Positions 1-11,677 of a stretch of 64,000 bases of DNA are shown here, piece after piece; the first letter of the stretch is position 1, and each line of letters begins with the position of its first letter. The DNA comes from Cyanophora paradoxa CCMP329 (Eukaryota > Plantae > Glaucophyta): NCBI GenBank assembly GCA_004431415.1, contig QPMI01000144.1:10325-74324 (forward strand), in the 5' to 3' direction. Below the pieces are notes generated by a model, which was not told the origin of the DNA, ran no database searches, and was given only the letters and a program-made list of their open reading frames with translations. Made by a program: the position numbers and the translations under genes.

Positions 1-166
1 ACGTCCCACTCACAACAAGAACAGTATCAATCTTTTTCGCATCATGCAGCTGTTTCAACCAATATTTCACACATTCTGACTTGCCTGTTGCAGACTTTCC
101 TATGAAAAGAGCACGAAATGGTGGGGTAATCATCTCAGATGCAACAAACTCCTCTAAATCGTTCAT
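1..166 (-). CDS. A32/FtsK-like DNA packaging ATPase, N-terminal part (runs off the window)
   Basis: Manual translation from ATG at 166 gives MNDLEEFVASEMITPPFRALFIGKSATGKSECV. It has a Walker A motif and aligns with VPFKALFISKSNSGKS of the ATPase at 39349-40092. Confidence 0.85.
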   Translation of the reverse strand, partial: MNDLEEFVASEMITPPFRALFIGKSATGKSECVKYWLKQLHDAKKIDTVLVVSGT

Positions 167-228
167 GGCTTTGTAGATCTTTCTTATTAAAGATAGATAA
201 AAATAACGAACTGTTACTGATCATGGTT

Positions 229-1602
229 TTAGAGATTAATGCGTCGGAGCCCATCTTTGTCAACAATAATGAAACTGTGCATGAGAGCACGAACATTAAC
301 TGTGATTGTCTGGTCAGAAGGCATGTATAGAGTGAGGAAAGAGGAGGAGGAGTTCGTGAGATCAACATAGCCAGACTGGGCAATGTTGCGAATCGCTTTC
401 TCTCCATCAACACAGAATGGTAGACCACTGAGGACATATTTGTCTGCAACCTTGTCCATATTTGAGCACTTGAAGGCATCCGCAATTAATTCGGCACCTT
501 TGAGGAGAGGGATGGGCTCAGTAGCATAGAGACGTTGACCATTAATTTCAACAGTGAAAGTAATGTCTTTTGAGTTAGCATGCGTTTTTAGGACACTGTG
601 GGAACCATTGAAACCATCAATACCTGCGGCATCACGAACTGAAACAAGAAGACCATAGACAAGCCCAGAGATCTGTGACAGGTTAATACGATTTGGTTGA
701 GCATTGCCTTTTGCAGCAAAATTGACACTGTCTACGAAACCAATATCCAGAGCAGGAATAGCCATACCAGTGGTCTTCACCTTCTCAATGACAGTAGCAA
801 ACAGTTCATCAGAAACATTAATAGCATGCATGTAAAGACGAGGAGAAGTGACTTTAATTTCGGGGGTTGTTGTTGCACCAATTCCAAAAGTGGTGATTTG
901 TTGACCAACATGGGCAAGAGTAGCATTAGCAGTAGCACCAAGTCCATCATCCTCTGTCTTATCAGCAGCTGTTCCACCAACAACAGGAAGAGCACGACCA
1001 CCATAAGAAGTCTCAACATAACCCTTTCCAGCATCCTTGAACCAGACAGTTACCACCATTTCTCCTGAGAGAGCACCAAGAGGTAGGTAGTGGTTTAGCC
1101 ATGGGACTGGGATTTCAGTGAAAAATGACCCACCAAGTCGGTTGGTTCCATGGGCAGGGATACCATGAACCATTCCCATTGAACGCTTCTTCTTGGCGAG
1201 TTGATCCTCACTGTAATAGATAAGAGGGAAATGAGCGAGGAAATCAGAAGGCACATGGAAGGTGTAAGATCCATAGGTAATTTCAAGTCGAGAGACAAGA
1301 GCACCAACTGGGCGAACGTATCCATTGCGAACAAGGTCGGTATCACCAGCAAAAGTGACAGCTGGAAGGTCAAACGCAAGTTCGAGTTTTCCACAGAAAT
1401 TGTAGCGAGGGAGCTTGAAAGAAATGCGATTTCCAGCATTATTCTCGAAAGTGTTGCTTGGGTTCACAACAACAAGAACTGGCTTCGACTTGGATTCAAG
1501 ACCAAGCATGAGAGAGTTGTCCAGGAAAAACGCCTTGGCTTCTTCCGGGGTTGTTAGAGCTTCTTTCAGAGAAAGACGTTGGAGGGTCGAAGTAATATCC
1601 AT
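229..1602 (-). CDS. Major capsid protein (probable double jelly-roll), element A
   Basis: ORF 229..1644, likely start MDITSTLQRL at 1602. Clearly homologous end to end to 40155..41543, lies between ATPase and penton, and is the right size for an MCP. Confidence 0.8.
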   Translation of the reverse strand: MDITSTLQRLSLKEALTTPEEAKAFFLDNSLMLGLESKSKPVLVVVNPSNTFENNAGNRISFKLPRYNFCGKLELAFDLPAVTFAGDTDLVRNGYVRPVGALVSRLEITYGSYTFHVPSDFLAHFPLIYYSEDQLAKKKRSMGMVHGIPAHGTNRLGGSFFTEIPVPWLNHYLPLGALSGEMVVTVWFKDAGKGYVETSYGGRALPVVGGTAADKTEDDGLGATANATLAHVGQQITTFGIGATTTPEIKVTSPRLYMHAINVSDELFATVIEKVKTTGMAIPALDIGFVDSVNFAAKGNAQPNRINLSQISGLVYGLLVSVRDAAGIDGFNGSHSVLKTHANSKDITFTVEINGQRLYATEPIPLLKGAELIADAFKCSNMDKVADKYVLSGLPFCVDGEKAIRNIAQSGYVDLTNSSSSFLTLYMPSDQTITVNVRALMHSFIIVDKDGLRRINL

Positions 1603-1656
1603 GATTATCTCTTTTATTATACTGCAACATAAAAAATTCACCAATGATCCTTGATT

Positions 1657-2666
1657 TTACGCAAAATTCGCAATAACTGGATAAGATGGATGTGTTTCCG
1701 CCATTCTCCTCTTAAAGTATTCGTACACAGGATCACCAGCAGGTTCATCACCATATCGAATTTCGAAGGTGAGGTGGACAGGTTGACCCTCGAAATCAAT
1801 TGGTTCATTAACTGCATTCACAATATCAACCGAAAATGTGGAAAGTCCCAGATTCTTGTTATAGTATTTATAAATCGGATGGGCTTCTGTCGAATTATAA
1901 ACGACATGCTCACCATAATCTTTATCTGGAACAACGATTTTGTGGAAATATCCAGTGAGGAGACCATCACCACATTGAACCAGATCACCCAACTCCTTTA
2001 CTCTCACAAACAGAACACTATCCCTGGTCTTTTCAGGTTCAAATGAAGATATGATACCATGCACCATCGACCAGTAAAGATACCATCAGTCAGAGTATTA
2101 TAAACTTGTGATTGGATTGGGGTGTTACCATATCTCCCAGGATCAAGACCAAGCAGTCGAGCAGAACTCAAAAACCTCTGAATCTGCGCCTGGGTTGGGT
2201 TTATTGCAGTTGAGAAAGCCAGGTAAAACGGTATGGTGGAATGGAATATTACTCGTTTCAGTGTATCATCCCATTTACAGCGAATTGCTACTGGTGGCTC
2301 TCTCAATGCAAGTTTGGAGTTAATTACATTCACCAGTTGTTGGTGGTTTTGAATGGGTGTGCTGCGACTTATCACAATGTGCTTCCATTGCTCATAATCG
2401 GCAGCAGGTCGATCAGTTGGAATACCAGTGCTTCCTGCACCAGAATAATATTCAGACCAATAAAGGTAGATTGCATTATCTATTGTCACATCTCCTACTT
2501 TGGTTTCACCACTCACCATGGGAATGCTGTTATAGAATTCTGCTGAAACCAGTCTTACTGCTCTCACAAATTCATAGGTGCTGGGGAGGCGAGCAATAAA
2601 ACTCGAAGTTGGTCCATCTCCCGAAATTGTATTGAAAGAGCTCACTTCGATGTAATCCACAGGCAT
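1657..2666 (-). CDS. Minor capsid/penton-like protein 1, element A (split by one frameshift near 2070)
   Basis: ORFs 2004..2666 and 1657..2067 together match the intact 318-aa ORF 41588..42544 (VRLVSAE, GDLV, Y.STEAHP.YKY, EIRYG). Confidence 0.7.
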
Positions 2667-2694
2667 CTTCTTTTATCTATAAACATATATTAAA

Positions 2695-3626
2695 ATGATT
2701 CGGCTGGTCAATATAGATAGCAGAGACCGATCAGATGGACAAATAGAAAACTCCTACAAAGTTTCACTCACAACCCCAGTGACCAAACCAAGAGAATGTC
2801 GAGTTTTGTATGCAGAGATCCCCAACAGCATCTATAATTCCATTGGAACAGACCACCTTCTTCTCAGATTCTTCTACCAAGGCATCTCTGAAACCAAACA
2901 GGTCTTCCTTCTCCCAAGTGGTTATATTAATCAAGGGCATTTCGGGGTCACCAGTCCATATAATTATGGTCTGAATTTCACCTTTACTGGGAGCAACAAT
3001 CTCACATATGCATTCAAGGTCTACTACAATCCTACCTCCTACAAGTTGGAGTTTTACAGTAATGTTCAATTCGAATTGGTAGCATCTACACAGCGATTGG
3101 GTAAACTTCTTGGGGTGAGTTCTGTTGATTGGGTCGCTTCAATTGAGCAAACCTACGATTTCCCAGAGTCTGCAAGGTCTTTATATGCCCCAGAGAATTT
3201 CCTATATTTTGCAGGAGTACCAATCACCCCAAACCATCCCAATGGGGAATGACATTCACAGGATATGAATTCGAGGCATCTCGCTTAAACTACAAGTTAG
3301 AAGCAGCCAAGATGACAGATATGAATGCAGAACAGTACTTGTACATGCACATTAAAGAACTCTCCCCATTTGCTACAAACCACAATATTGTCCCACAATC
3401 TCAACCACAGAATCAAGGGGCGATTCTCAGATTGCAGTTAAGTAAAGATATTGGGCAGTATGTTTATCACAGTGGAGAGCACAGTGAATACATAAAAATA
3501 ACCGATCGAAACCTGGTGATTAGAGAGTTAACAGTTGAGTTTCGCGATTATTATGGTGATCTTGTTGATATGAATGGAATTGACAACTCATTCCAGTTGG
3601 AGTTTCTGGCTATTGGTAATGATTAA
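2695..3626 (+). CDS. Minor capsid/penton-like protein 2, element A (frameshift at the G-run near 3244)
   Basis: N-terminal IDSRDR...AEIPNS and C-terminal L.VEFRD..G..VDMNG motifs of PLV/NCLDV penton-like proteins. Homologous to 42572..43461. Confidence 0.7.
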
Positions 3627-4014
3627 ACCGATTCAAATTCACTGTTTCGAAAACATCCAGAAGGGGACTCTTGGGATCTTCTGTATACCATTTGCGAATT
3701 GTCTTATCCCATTTAGCACCATTCTTTTTCAAGAAACTACAAAGGGTTGATCTCCTTGTAATTCGCAATCCCATCTCTTGGAAGATCTCATAATGCTCTT
3801 GGAGTTTCTTGACAATCAAGAAGTAATGCCCATAGTAATTGTAATACTGCTGGTTAATCGGCATGTTTCCTTTACAGCATGATGGGAAATCGTTTGTCAA
3901 TTTTTGGCGAAACGAGAGTATCTCATGAGATAGATGAGAGAATAACAGGTGTGTTTTCAGGGTTGGAGAAATCGGAGAAACATAGAGTATTGCGATTTCC
4001 GAGTTAGTTGACAC
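3610..4014 (-). CDS. Hypothetical viral protein with a DUF5710-like C-terminal motif
   Basis: ORF ends with FLKKNGAKWDKTIRKWY (K..GA.WD...K.WY pattern). Start uncertain. Confidence 0.45.
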   Translation of the reverse strand: MSTNSEIAILYVSPISPTLKTHLLFSHLSHEILSFRQKLTNDFPSCCKGNMPINQQYYNYYGHYFLIVKKLQEHYEIFQEMGLRITRRSTLCSFLKKNGAKWDKTIRKWYTEDPKSPLLDVFETVNLNRFNHYQ

Positions 4015-4037
4015 TGAGAAATTCAGAATTTCAGATG

Positions 4038-4560
4038 GTCTTACTGAAAATGGTCAGATAATCGGGTGTGACACCTATTTAATTGACTGTGACGCCTGTG
4101 ACAGGTGTGACACCTATTTTCAAACTTTTTAAAATTCTCACAAATTACAGACTTCTGAAAACACCTGTCACACCTGTCACACCCGTCACACCCAATTAAC
4201 AAAAGACTCTATTTCTTACTGAGATATTCAAGAATTTATTGTTGTCTTACTGAAAACAGTCTATGTGACAGGTGTGACACCTTCAAAATCCACCCAACAA
4301 TAGTCGATTTCATGAATACCTTTCTGTCTTACTGAAAATGGTAAGGAGACCAGGTGTGACAGGTAGTTTAATTGAGTGTGACAGGTGTGACAGGTGTGAC
4401 ACCTATTTTCAAACTTTCTAAATTTTTCAAAAATGACAGACTTCTGAAAACACCTGTCACACCTGTCACACCTGTCACAGACATTCTACCCCTCTTACTG
4501 ACTTTCTCAAAAACAAATATATCTATTACTGAATATCATTTGAATACTACCTGTCACACT
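4038..4560. repeat. Duplicated (~288-bp period) unit of inverted 9-bp iterons flanking an AT-rich core; candidate replication origin
   Basis: Three TGTGAC(A)GG/CC copies, a ~47-bp AT core, then three (CACC)TGTCA copies, seen at ~4088-4192 and again at ~4377-4480. Confidence 0.75.
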
Positions 4561-4592
4561 TGAATTCAATTATTCTGTTTTATAGAACATAT

Positions 4593-4853
4593 GCAATCTA
4601 ATCGATTGTTCAATTGGAGACCATGCAACTCTGTGACACTTTTTCGATCTAAAATATAAATCCGCAATCTCATCGATTGTTTAATTGGACATAATGCAGT
4701 TCCGATATATTCCAATAGAAAATCCCGCAATCTAATCGATTGTTTAATGGGAGATAATGCAACTCTGTGACACTTTTTCGGTGCAAAAATGTACATCAGC
4801 AATCTCATCGATTGTTCAATTGGACACAATGCAACTCTGTGACACTTTTTGCG
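4593..4853. repeat. Four-copy tandem repeat, 63-72 bp period
   Basis: GCAATCTMATCGATTGTTYAATKGGA starts at 4593, 4664, 4727 and 4799. Three copies continue ATGCAACTCTGTGACACTTTTT. Confidence 0.85.
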
Positions 4854-5170
4854 TTTTTCGATACAGAATGGGCGGTGGTCTACTTCAATACATGAGAGTT
4901 ATATCGAGTTTATGCGAATTTATGCAATTTAATCGCAATTATATCGATCTTTAAGCAGTTTAATGTTAATCTATCGCAGATTTGTATGTAAACAACAAAG
5001 TACATAATCAATCGATATAAGATCAATTGAATCTATCGAAGTTTAATCGAAAATATGCATTTTGGTAAACGCGTTTTCATTTTTAATACAAAGTTTGCAT
5101 TATTTTATACAAAGTTTGCATAAAAAGTTTAAGAAATTAATCGAAAAATATGTATTTTAGTATTAAATTA

Positions 5171-5265
5171 ACACATATTGAAAAACGAATTTAAATCCAG
5201 AGTGAATCGAGATCGCGAAGCGATCGAGATGAACGAGGGATTTAAATTCGTTTTTCAATATGTGT
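5171..5265. repeat. Perfect 28-bp inverted repeat (hairpin) at the AT/GC boundary
   Basis: ACACATATTGAAAAACGAATTTAAATCC (5171-5198) and its exact reverse complement (5238-5265). Confidence 0.9.
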
Positions 5266-7965
5266 GTGGGCCTGGAGGGCAGATGCAGAGGCGAACCGAG
5301 TGCCGCAGGTGCAGGAGAAGTCAGACGTCCCGGCGGCGGGTCCTGCATCGGGCAGCTGGGGGGAGGGAGGGGCCTGGGGTGAGGGGGCGACGGGGAGTCG
5401 TGCAATTGCTTGGCGGAAGTTTTCCAAGAGAATCCATGGTTGGCCTTCCGAGCCCAATTCGCAGCAGAAGTCGGTGATGGAGATGGTATCATGGAGGGAG
5501 GGGCGGGGGGGGGGCGGGGGGAGGGGGGGACTGGGCGGCTGCACTAGAGGCGAGCGGGAGGGTTTGGAGTCTGCATGTTTGCGGTACCGACGTTTGGTTT
5601 TGTCATTGATGCCGTGTCGGAGCTCCCAGGCGTGGTTGCGGGCGCAGCGGTCTCTCCAGATCGCACGGAGGTGTTGGTCAAGGAGCAGCGCTAGGTCTTT
5701 TTGGATTGACGATGAGGTGGTCTTGTTGATGCCCAGAGCTGTGCAGAGGGCAGGCAGTCCTGCCGGGGTACCGAGGCGCAGGAGAGCGAGGGCGGGGAAG
5801 GGAAGCATGTCGGCCAGGGCCGGGCTGAGTTTTTTCCATAGTGTATCGGCGAGGCCGGGGGGGCGGAAGAGAGCCGGATTTGCGGTGGGGGAGAGAAGGG
5901 CGGAATGGAGGGGAGAGGCGGGGTCAGGAGAAACGAGGCGGAGGAAGGGGAAGAGTTGAAAGATGGTATCGTCGTGTCCTAGTGGTTTGGGCGAGTGGCG
6001 GAGAACCCGGGTACGGAGGAAGGTCACGAGTGCGTCCTGGAAAGCTTGGAGAAGGAGGCAAGCGGCGGGGCAAGTAAATATGTGGACGAAGTCTTCGGGG
6101 GGGTGGGTTGTGGGGTCGGGCGGTCTGGGGTCTGCGGCCCTCGGTGGGGAAAAGGGCGAGGGGGAGCCCGGGGGGGTGCATGTGGCAGGGGGCGGGGAGG
6201 GGGGGGGTGGGGAAGCAGCATCTTCGGGGATGGGGGCAGGGGTGGGAGGGAGGTGACAGAAGGGGCAGTGGGCGGTGCCGTCGGGGAAGAGAGGGCCGTA
6301 GAGGTCGGGGTCGTGGAGGAGGCGGATGGTGAGGGAGGGAAGGCTTCCAAGCATGCATTGGAATCTGACTTTGCGGAGGTGGTCGCCTGTGGGGGTGCGG
6401 CGGTCCGGTGGCTTGTCGGACACTAGGGAGAGGGCTGGGGCGAGGGTAACATGGGGGTTGCTGAGGATGGCCCCCGCGTTGCGAAGTTGGCGCCAGTCAA
6501 GGTATTGGGAGAGGGAGGCTTCGGCTAGGAAGTGAGGGCGGGGGTCCCCCTCGACGCGGTACGCATGGAGTCTGCCTCGGTAGGGCTCGGCCCCGGGGAC
6601 TGGGCCGTGGGATAGTGGGGGCGGGAGGCCAACACGGATGAGGAAGCATTTGAAACTGTGGGGAATGAAAAGAAGGGCGGAGAGGGGGGCGTCGGGGGCT
6701 GTTTTAGCAAGCTTGTCAACGGCGTCATTGTGGCGGTTGTCAGGGGTGTAGGCTGGGTTCGGGATACGATTCTTAGCCGGGGTGCGGGCCGCCTCTTTCT
6801 GTGCGGCTGTTTTGGATGTTTTGGCGGACCGTGGTTGCGGCAGGGTGGCTTCACGGTGAGCGGCTTCAGTTAGGATGGACGCCGCTTCGAGTGGGGTAAC
6901 GTGGGACGGCCGGAAGAGACGGCGCGCTGTGGCGGAGGCTTCGTTGCGAGCCAGGTCGGCGAGCTGAGAGGCGAGTTCTTGGGCGTAGCGGGCGCCGGGA
7001 GGGAGGGGGGTGGCGGGCCCTTCGGGGCGGGGCGGGGGAGACTCAAGCACAGTTGGGGAGCGCGGGAGGGCTGGATGGTTGGGGGAGGATGGTGGGGAGT
7101 CGAGGGTAGGGAGGGTGCCGCCGGTGGAGACTGGGGGGCGGCGCGGCGGATGGGTACGCCCGGGGAAGGTCGGCGGGGGCCGGAGGGCCGGGAGGGTTGG
7201 GCTGCAGCATAGGGGGTCAAGGGTGACGGACCCGTAGCAGAGGCTGAGGGTAATATATTCACGGTATCTGCGGAGCGCTGCAGCGTCGGCCTGAATGTAG
7301 GCTGGGGGGCGGGGCAGGTCCGACGGGGTAAGTGCTGAGGAACGACTGAGTAGGTCAGCTGTGAGGAGGAGGAGTGGACCGCAGGCCGTGCTGTTTGGGG
7401 GCTGGAGAACGGAGAGGGATGTCTCCGGGCGTAGATAGGTCCATCTGCAGAAGGGAGTGGGGGGGAGGGGGATCCAGAGTCGCGCTGACTCCAAGTGGCC
7501 GCCAAGTCTTGTGCAAAGGAGACAAGGTGATCAGGGACGTCGAGGGAGCCATTGTAGAAGTAGAATGAGCGCGTCTGTGGAAATAGGGCAAGTAGGTGCC
7601 AGTGTCCCGGAGGTCTGCTGGAGGAAGGGGTCAGCGAGGGGGCTGGTGGGGTCTGTTGAATTGGGCAATAGGTGAGGATGGGGACGAGAGCGAGGCGGGC
7701 ATCGAGGAGTCGTCCGTGGGGGATGTATCGGTGTAGGGGGAGGAGGGCAGAACCCCGAGAGTCGAAGTGGGAGGCTGCGCTAGCAGGGTAGGAGCTGGAG
7801 GATAGGAAGTGAGCGGGGTGGGGCGAGGCCAGGGCGGCTTCACGGGAAGAGAGCAGGTCAAAAAAGGCTTCCACGAGGGGGAGGCTGAGGGGGGCATTCG
7901 GACGGAGGTGTATAAGGTCGCCTCGTCGAATGAGTGAGTAACAGTGAGGGTCGGCTCGGGCTCAT
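5266..7965 (-). mobile_element. Internally deleted non-LTR retroelement: Ulp1/C48-like peptidase, RNase H tail, zf-RVT; no RT core seen
   Basis: GHWHLLALF...FYFYNGSL and QPPNSTACGPLLL (Ulp1-like, across a frameshift near 7450). HNDAVDKLAK resembles the RNase H end; CPFC...EDFVHIFTCP and AIWRDRC match the C-terminus of L1-type ORF2. Intron-less. Boundaries approximate. Confidence 0.6.
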
Positions 7966-8117
7966 GCTGTACCCCCCCATAATTACCACCCGAAACAATT
8001 TAATTCGGGCTCCACTATTTCACCTATGCATATGTGCATATATATGGGAGGGTTATATACAATGCACTAATTCCCGATCAGGTATTTACGATCCATGCGC
8101 ACTGATTTCCGATCTGG

Positions 8118-8225
8118 CCGGCCGCCGCCGGTGCCGGGCCGCCGCCGGTGCCGGGCCGCCGCCGGCGGCGCCGCGCCGGCGCCGGGCCGCCGCCGGCGCG
8201 GCGCGGCGTCACCGCCGGCGCCGTC
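8118..8225. repeat. GC-rich short tandem repeat
   Basis: Repeated GGCCGCCGCCGG(T/C)GCCG units. Confidence 0.7.
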
Positions 8226-8733
8226 ACTAGGTCCGAGTCGATCCGGATCCCCGCGGTCCGACTAGCTCCCGATCAATCGATATCCGAGTCGAGAATCACA
8301 CTGCTGTACATGTGACCTCGCGATCGACAGCTGCAGGATCATGATCTCGAGCCTGTCGATGCATGTCGATCATGCACAAAACTTGAAATCCAGGACGTGG
8401 ACAGGATTGATCGGGTAAACGTGCGGCTCATGATCAGCGGCCGCGGCTGCCATATATGCATGCTGGCGCCCAGCAGCTGCAGCGCTAGCTAGACTCTGCT
8501 GCTAGAGTCAGTGCAGACTGCAGTCTGCGTACGGTATATAGCTGTATACGTATACGTATAGCTAGCTAGCTACTCGGCGATCCGAGCCCGTCGGTACTGG
8601 TATGCGGCGGCGGCACGGCGCGCTGCTTTCGCGCGCCTCGCGCGAATTACTCACTCATCGTACGCGCGAAGACGAAATCCAACCTGTCGAAGTCTGTTGA
8701 CATCAACACTTTTCCAATTGCAAGTCAAGTGCG

Positions 8734-11677
8734 ATGGAGCTCGAACTCGTCGCCTTCTCTAGCAAGTGCAGTCGTCTTGCGGCGCCGGCTGGCGCATGCG
8801 CGAGGGCAGCGATTCGCACGGTGACGCATCTTGGTGAGAGAAAGATGCTGCAATCTTTAAAAAAGCTTCTTGTGCACAAGCGCGTGCACGTGCCCGTTTA
8901 CATGTACAAATAATCATTAATGTTCTCCATCGCCTGCGCTCGCGCGCGCAGCTGCTGTGAAGTTCGCGACGTCGACGGTCATGATCAAGCAGTTTGATCG
9001 CAAGTGCGCTGTTCAGCGTATATTACACGTATACATGCGTCAGTATATTGTACTGATCGCAATGCATGCGCGCGTTTGCCCAGGCCCGTATCCGCGCTGA
9101 GGGCGTTCAAGACCACCGCGAATTATAAATACGCTCTATCGATATCGGCGCCATCGGTGGGCTTCGCCACCTTGGCGAAGCCGAGGGACGAACCAAGTGC
9201 GAAGAACGCTTGTTCGCGCTAGCGCTGCCTAAAATTTCGCGCACCACGCTAACTTCGATTCGGTGCACTTGAACTTACAGAGGCGAATGTGGTCATCACA
9301 AGCGTTGCAGTCGGCCTTCCCACCCAACCGGTCAGCGAGGACAGCCCAGACAGCCTTGGAAGCCCCGAGACAGCGTGGCGCCGCCGGTTTGCGGACCCCG
9401 CGAACATAGACCACCTACTGCAGGGCGAGAACTTCGTGCACCGCCTCAGCGACGCCCAGAAGCGCGTGGTCCTCAACCAGCACGTCGTGAAGACCGTCAA
9501 GGACCCCGTAACCAAGGCCCCCGTCACCAAGGAGGTCACCAAGCCAAGCGAAGTCATGCAGGTGCGTTCCATACAAACCAAAATACTGAAGAGTAACGTT
9601 ACATATATATATACAAATGGAACCAAAATCTTCGGTCAGGTGATGTCCACGGTTGACGATCCGAACATCTTGGCGGAGTACGGCATCGACCAGCACATCG
9701 GCGAGGTGTACGATGAAGCTTGCAAGCTCGCCATCGCCGCCGGCCTCGAGGCTGTCTATCAGGCCGGCTTGTGCGAGGCCGTCGACCCCTTCGACACGAT
9801 CAAGGATACCGCGCGAGGCAGGGACGCCCCTTCGCCTTTCATCCTTAAGGAGGAGTTCCGCGGCACGACAGGCGTGGTTTTCGCGGTGCGCGCATGTGCT
9901 CAGAGCTCGCTTATAATTATAATTAGGCTTCATAATATAAATACTTTAATTCACGAAAGCATGCTCTGACGAAACCCCTGCACGCAGTCGAGCTTCCCAG
10001 CACTGGATTCGCTTATTCACGAGGTGAGCGAGTACTAGTTTGCGCAACACTGCACTTAATTGTATATATATAACCTCTGACACTGCACTTAATTATAAGC
10101 ACCGAAATATTTTGCCGCACGTGCGCAGGTGACGAAGTGCACAGAGGCGCGCGTCTCGAATGGGGCTTTCGATGCTGCCCTACGGCTTGCAGAGAAGCGC
10201 ATCCGCGAGGCGCTGCCGTGCGCACGCATTCGCGTGATCGAATTTGCCGCGTGCTCTTATGACCTCCTGCGCAGTGCTGAGCAGGCGGAAAAGCTGCTGG
10301 CTACGCTAGACATCGACGCGAAGAAACGCCCCGCGGAAGGCTACACGTTCGACAAGAAGCTTTTAATGCGCGTCCTGGTCCTCGCAAACCAGCAACTGGC
10401 GCAGCTCATTCATGCCCATGGGTGCAAACTTGTTGATTCTATTCGAGACCTTCAGCATATCTGATCATGAGAATCTCGGGCTCCAGACCGAACTCCTTCC
10501 TCAACACCGCGTGCGCTGGCACGACCGCGGCGATCACTCTCGCTGAGGGTAGGCCTAGTCGACTGACGATGAATAATTATATATATATAAACGGCGATAT
10601 AAATATATATATACTGTACTCATGAGCTGAAACGATCGTACTTTGTCAGATTGGATTCGCACGAAGCGCTGCGAGCGGGTCATCGTTATCAGCGGCGACA
10701 ACCCAACGACACGCAACACACTCCCGTACATTGGAACGGGTTTCCTGGCGCTCGGCGCCGCCTCGACGGCTCCCGATGTCGATTCTGCATGCGCGCCATT
10801 CGACGCGCGTCGCTCCGGTGCGCTATCTTACGCGTACGCGTGGCGGCATGATCGCGATGGCTGATGCGCATGCCCGATGTTCTCATCTATTTATAACTTA
10901 CTTGGAATTTATGGCCGATGGTCAACGCAGGGATGGTTCTCGGCTCGGGCGCCTGCGCCCTTGTGCTTGAGACGGCGGAGGCCGCGGCCCAGCGAAAGGC
11001 AGCACCCGTCTGCCGCCTCATCGGCTCCCACATCGCCAACTCGGGCTTCCACGCGACGTCGATGGACGGGGCGCACATCGCCCGCGAGCTCAACGCGTTC
11101 CTCGACCGCGTGGAGCACATGCACGGCATCACGCGCAAGCAGCTGATCGACGGCGGCCTCGTCTACTTCGCCCACGAGTCCTTCACGCACGTGAACGGCG
11201 GCTGCTCCAAGAACGAGGTCGACGCGCTGCGCGCCGCGTTCGGCGAGGAGAGCGTCAAGAGCATCACCCTCGCCTCCGCAAAGAGCCTCGTCGCGCACGC
11301 CATGGCCGTCGGCTACGAAGGTTCGCTAGCGCTCGCCGTTTTTGAATAGAGACTCTTCAGACGAATCCGAAGACAGTATATCATTATATTAAGGTTTGCC
11401 ACGGCTCGCTGTCTGATCCCTCGCGCCCGCAGACGTGCTCGCCGCGTGCACGCTGCAGCGGGGCGAGATCCCGCCGGCCGCACACCACCACGTGCCGGAC
11501 GAGCGCCTCGGAGCGGTGCGGGTCAGCACTGGAGGCAAGACGGACGCAAAGTTCGTCCTCCGCTTCGCCGCCGGCTTCGGCTCGCATCTCGTCTACGCCC
11601 TCTACGGCATGCCGACGTCGACTGAGACGACCGTCAAGGTCGCCCAGGAAGTTCAGCGCAAGCAGCTGCAGCAATAA
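8734..11677 (+). CDS. Beta-ketoacyl synthase (KAS/KS-like, thiolase fold), multi-exon
   Basis: Exons encode NTACAGTTAAI (catalytic Cys, ~10503-10535), CERVIVISGD, PFDARRSG, MVLGSGACALVLE, YFAHES, AKSLVAHAM and FAAGFGSH. Start codon and exon limits approximate. Confidence 0.75.

Larger units (their letters stand above)
1..5265. mobile_element. Right part of an endogenous Polinton-like virus (element A), truncated by the window start
   Basis: AT-richer, intron-less block. Gene order ATPase(-), MCP(-), penton(-), penton(+) is the same as in the complete element at 39349-43461. Abrupt switch to GC-rich DNA at ~5266; the exact right end is uncertain. Confidence 0.85.

Noticed and set aside
4593-4853. 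CRISPR-like array (~37-bp repeat with 26-35-bp gaps)
   Set aside because: Repeats are degenerate, three of the four following segments begin with the same TCTGTGACACTTTTT, and no cas genes are present; it is a tandem repeat.
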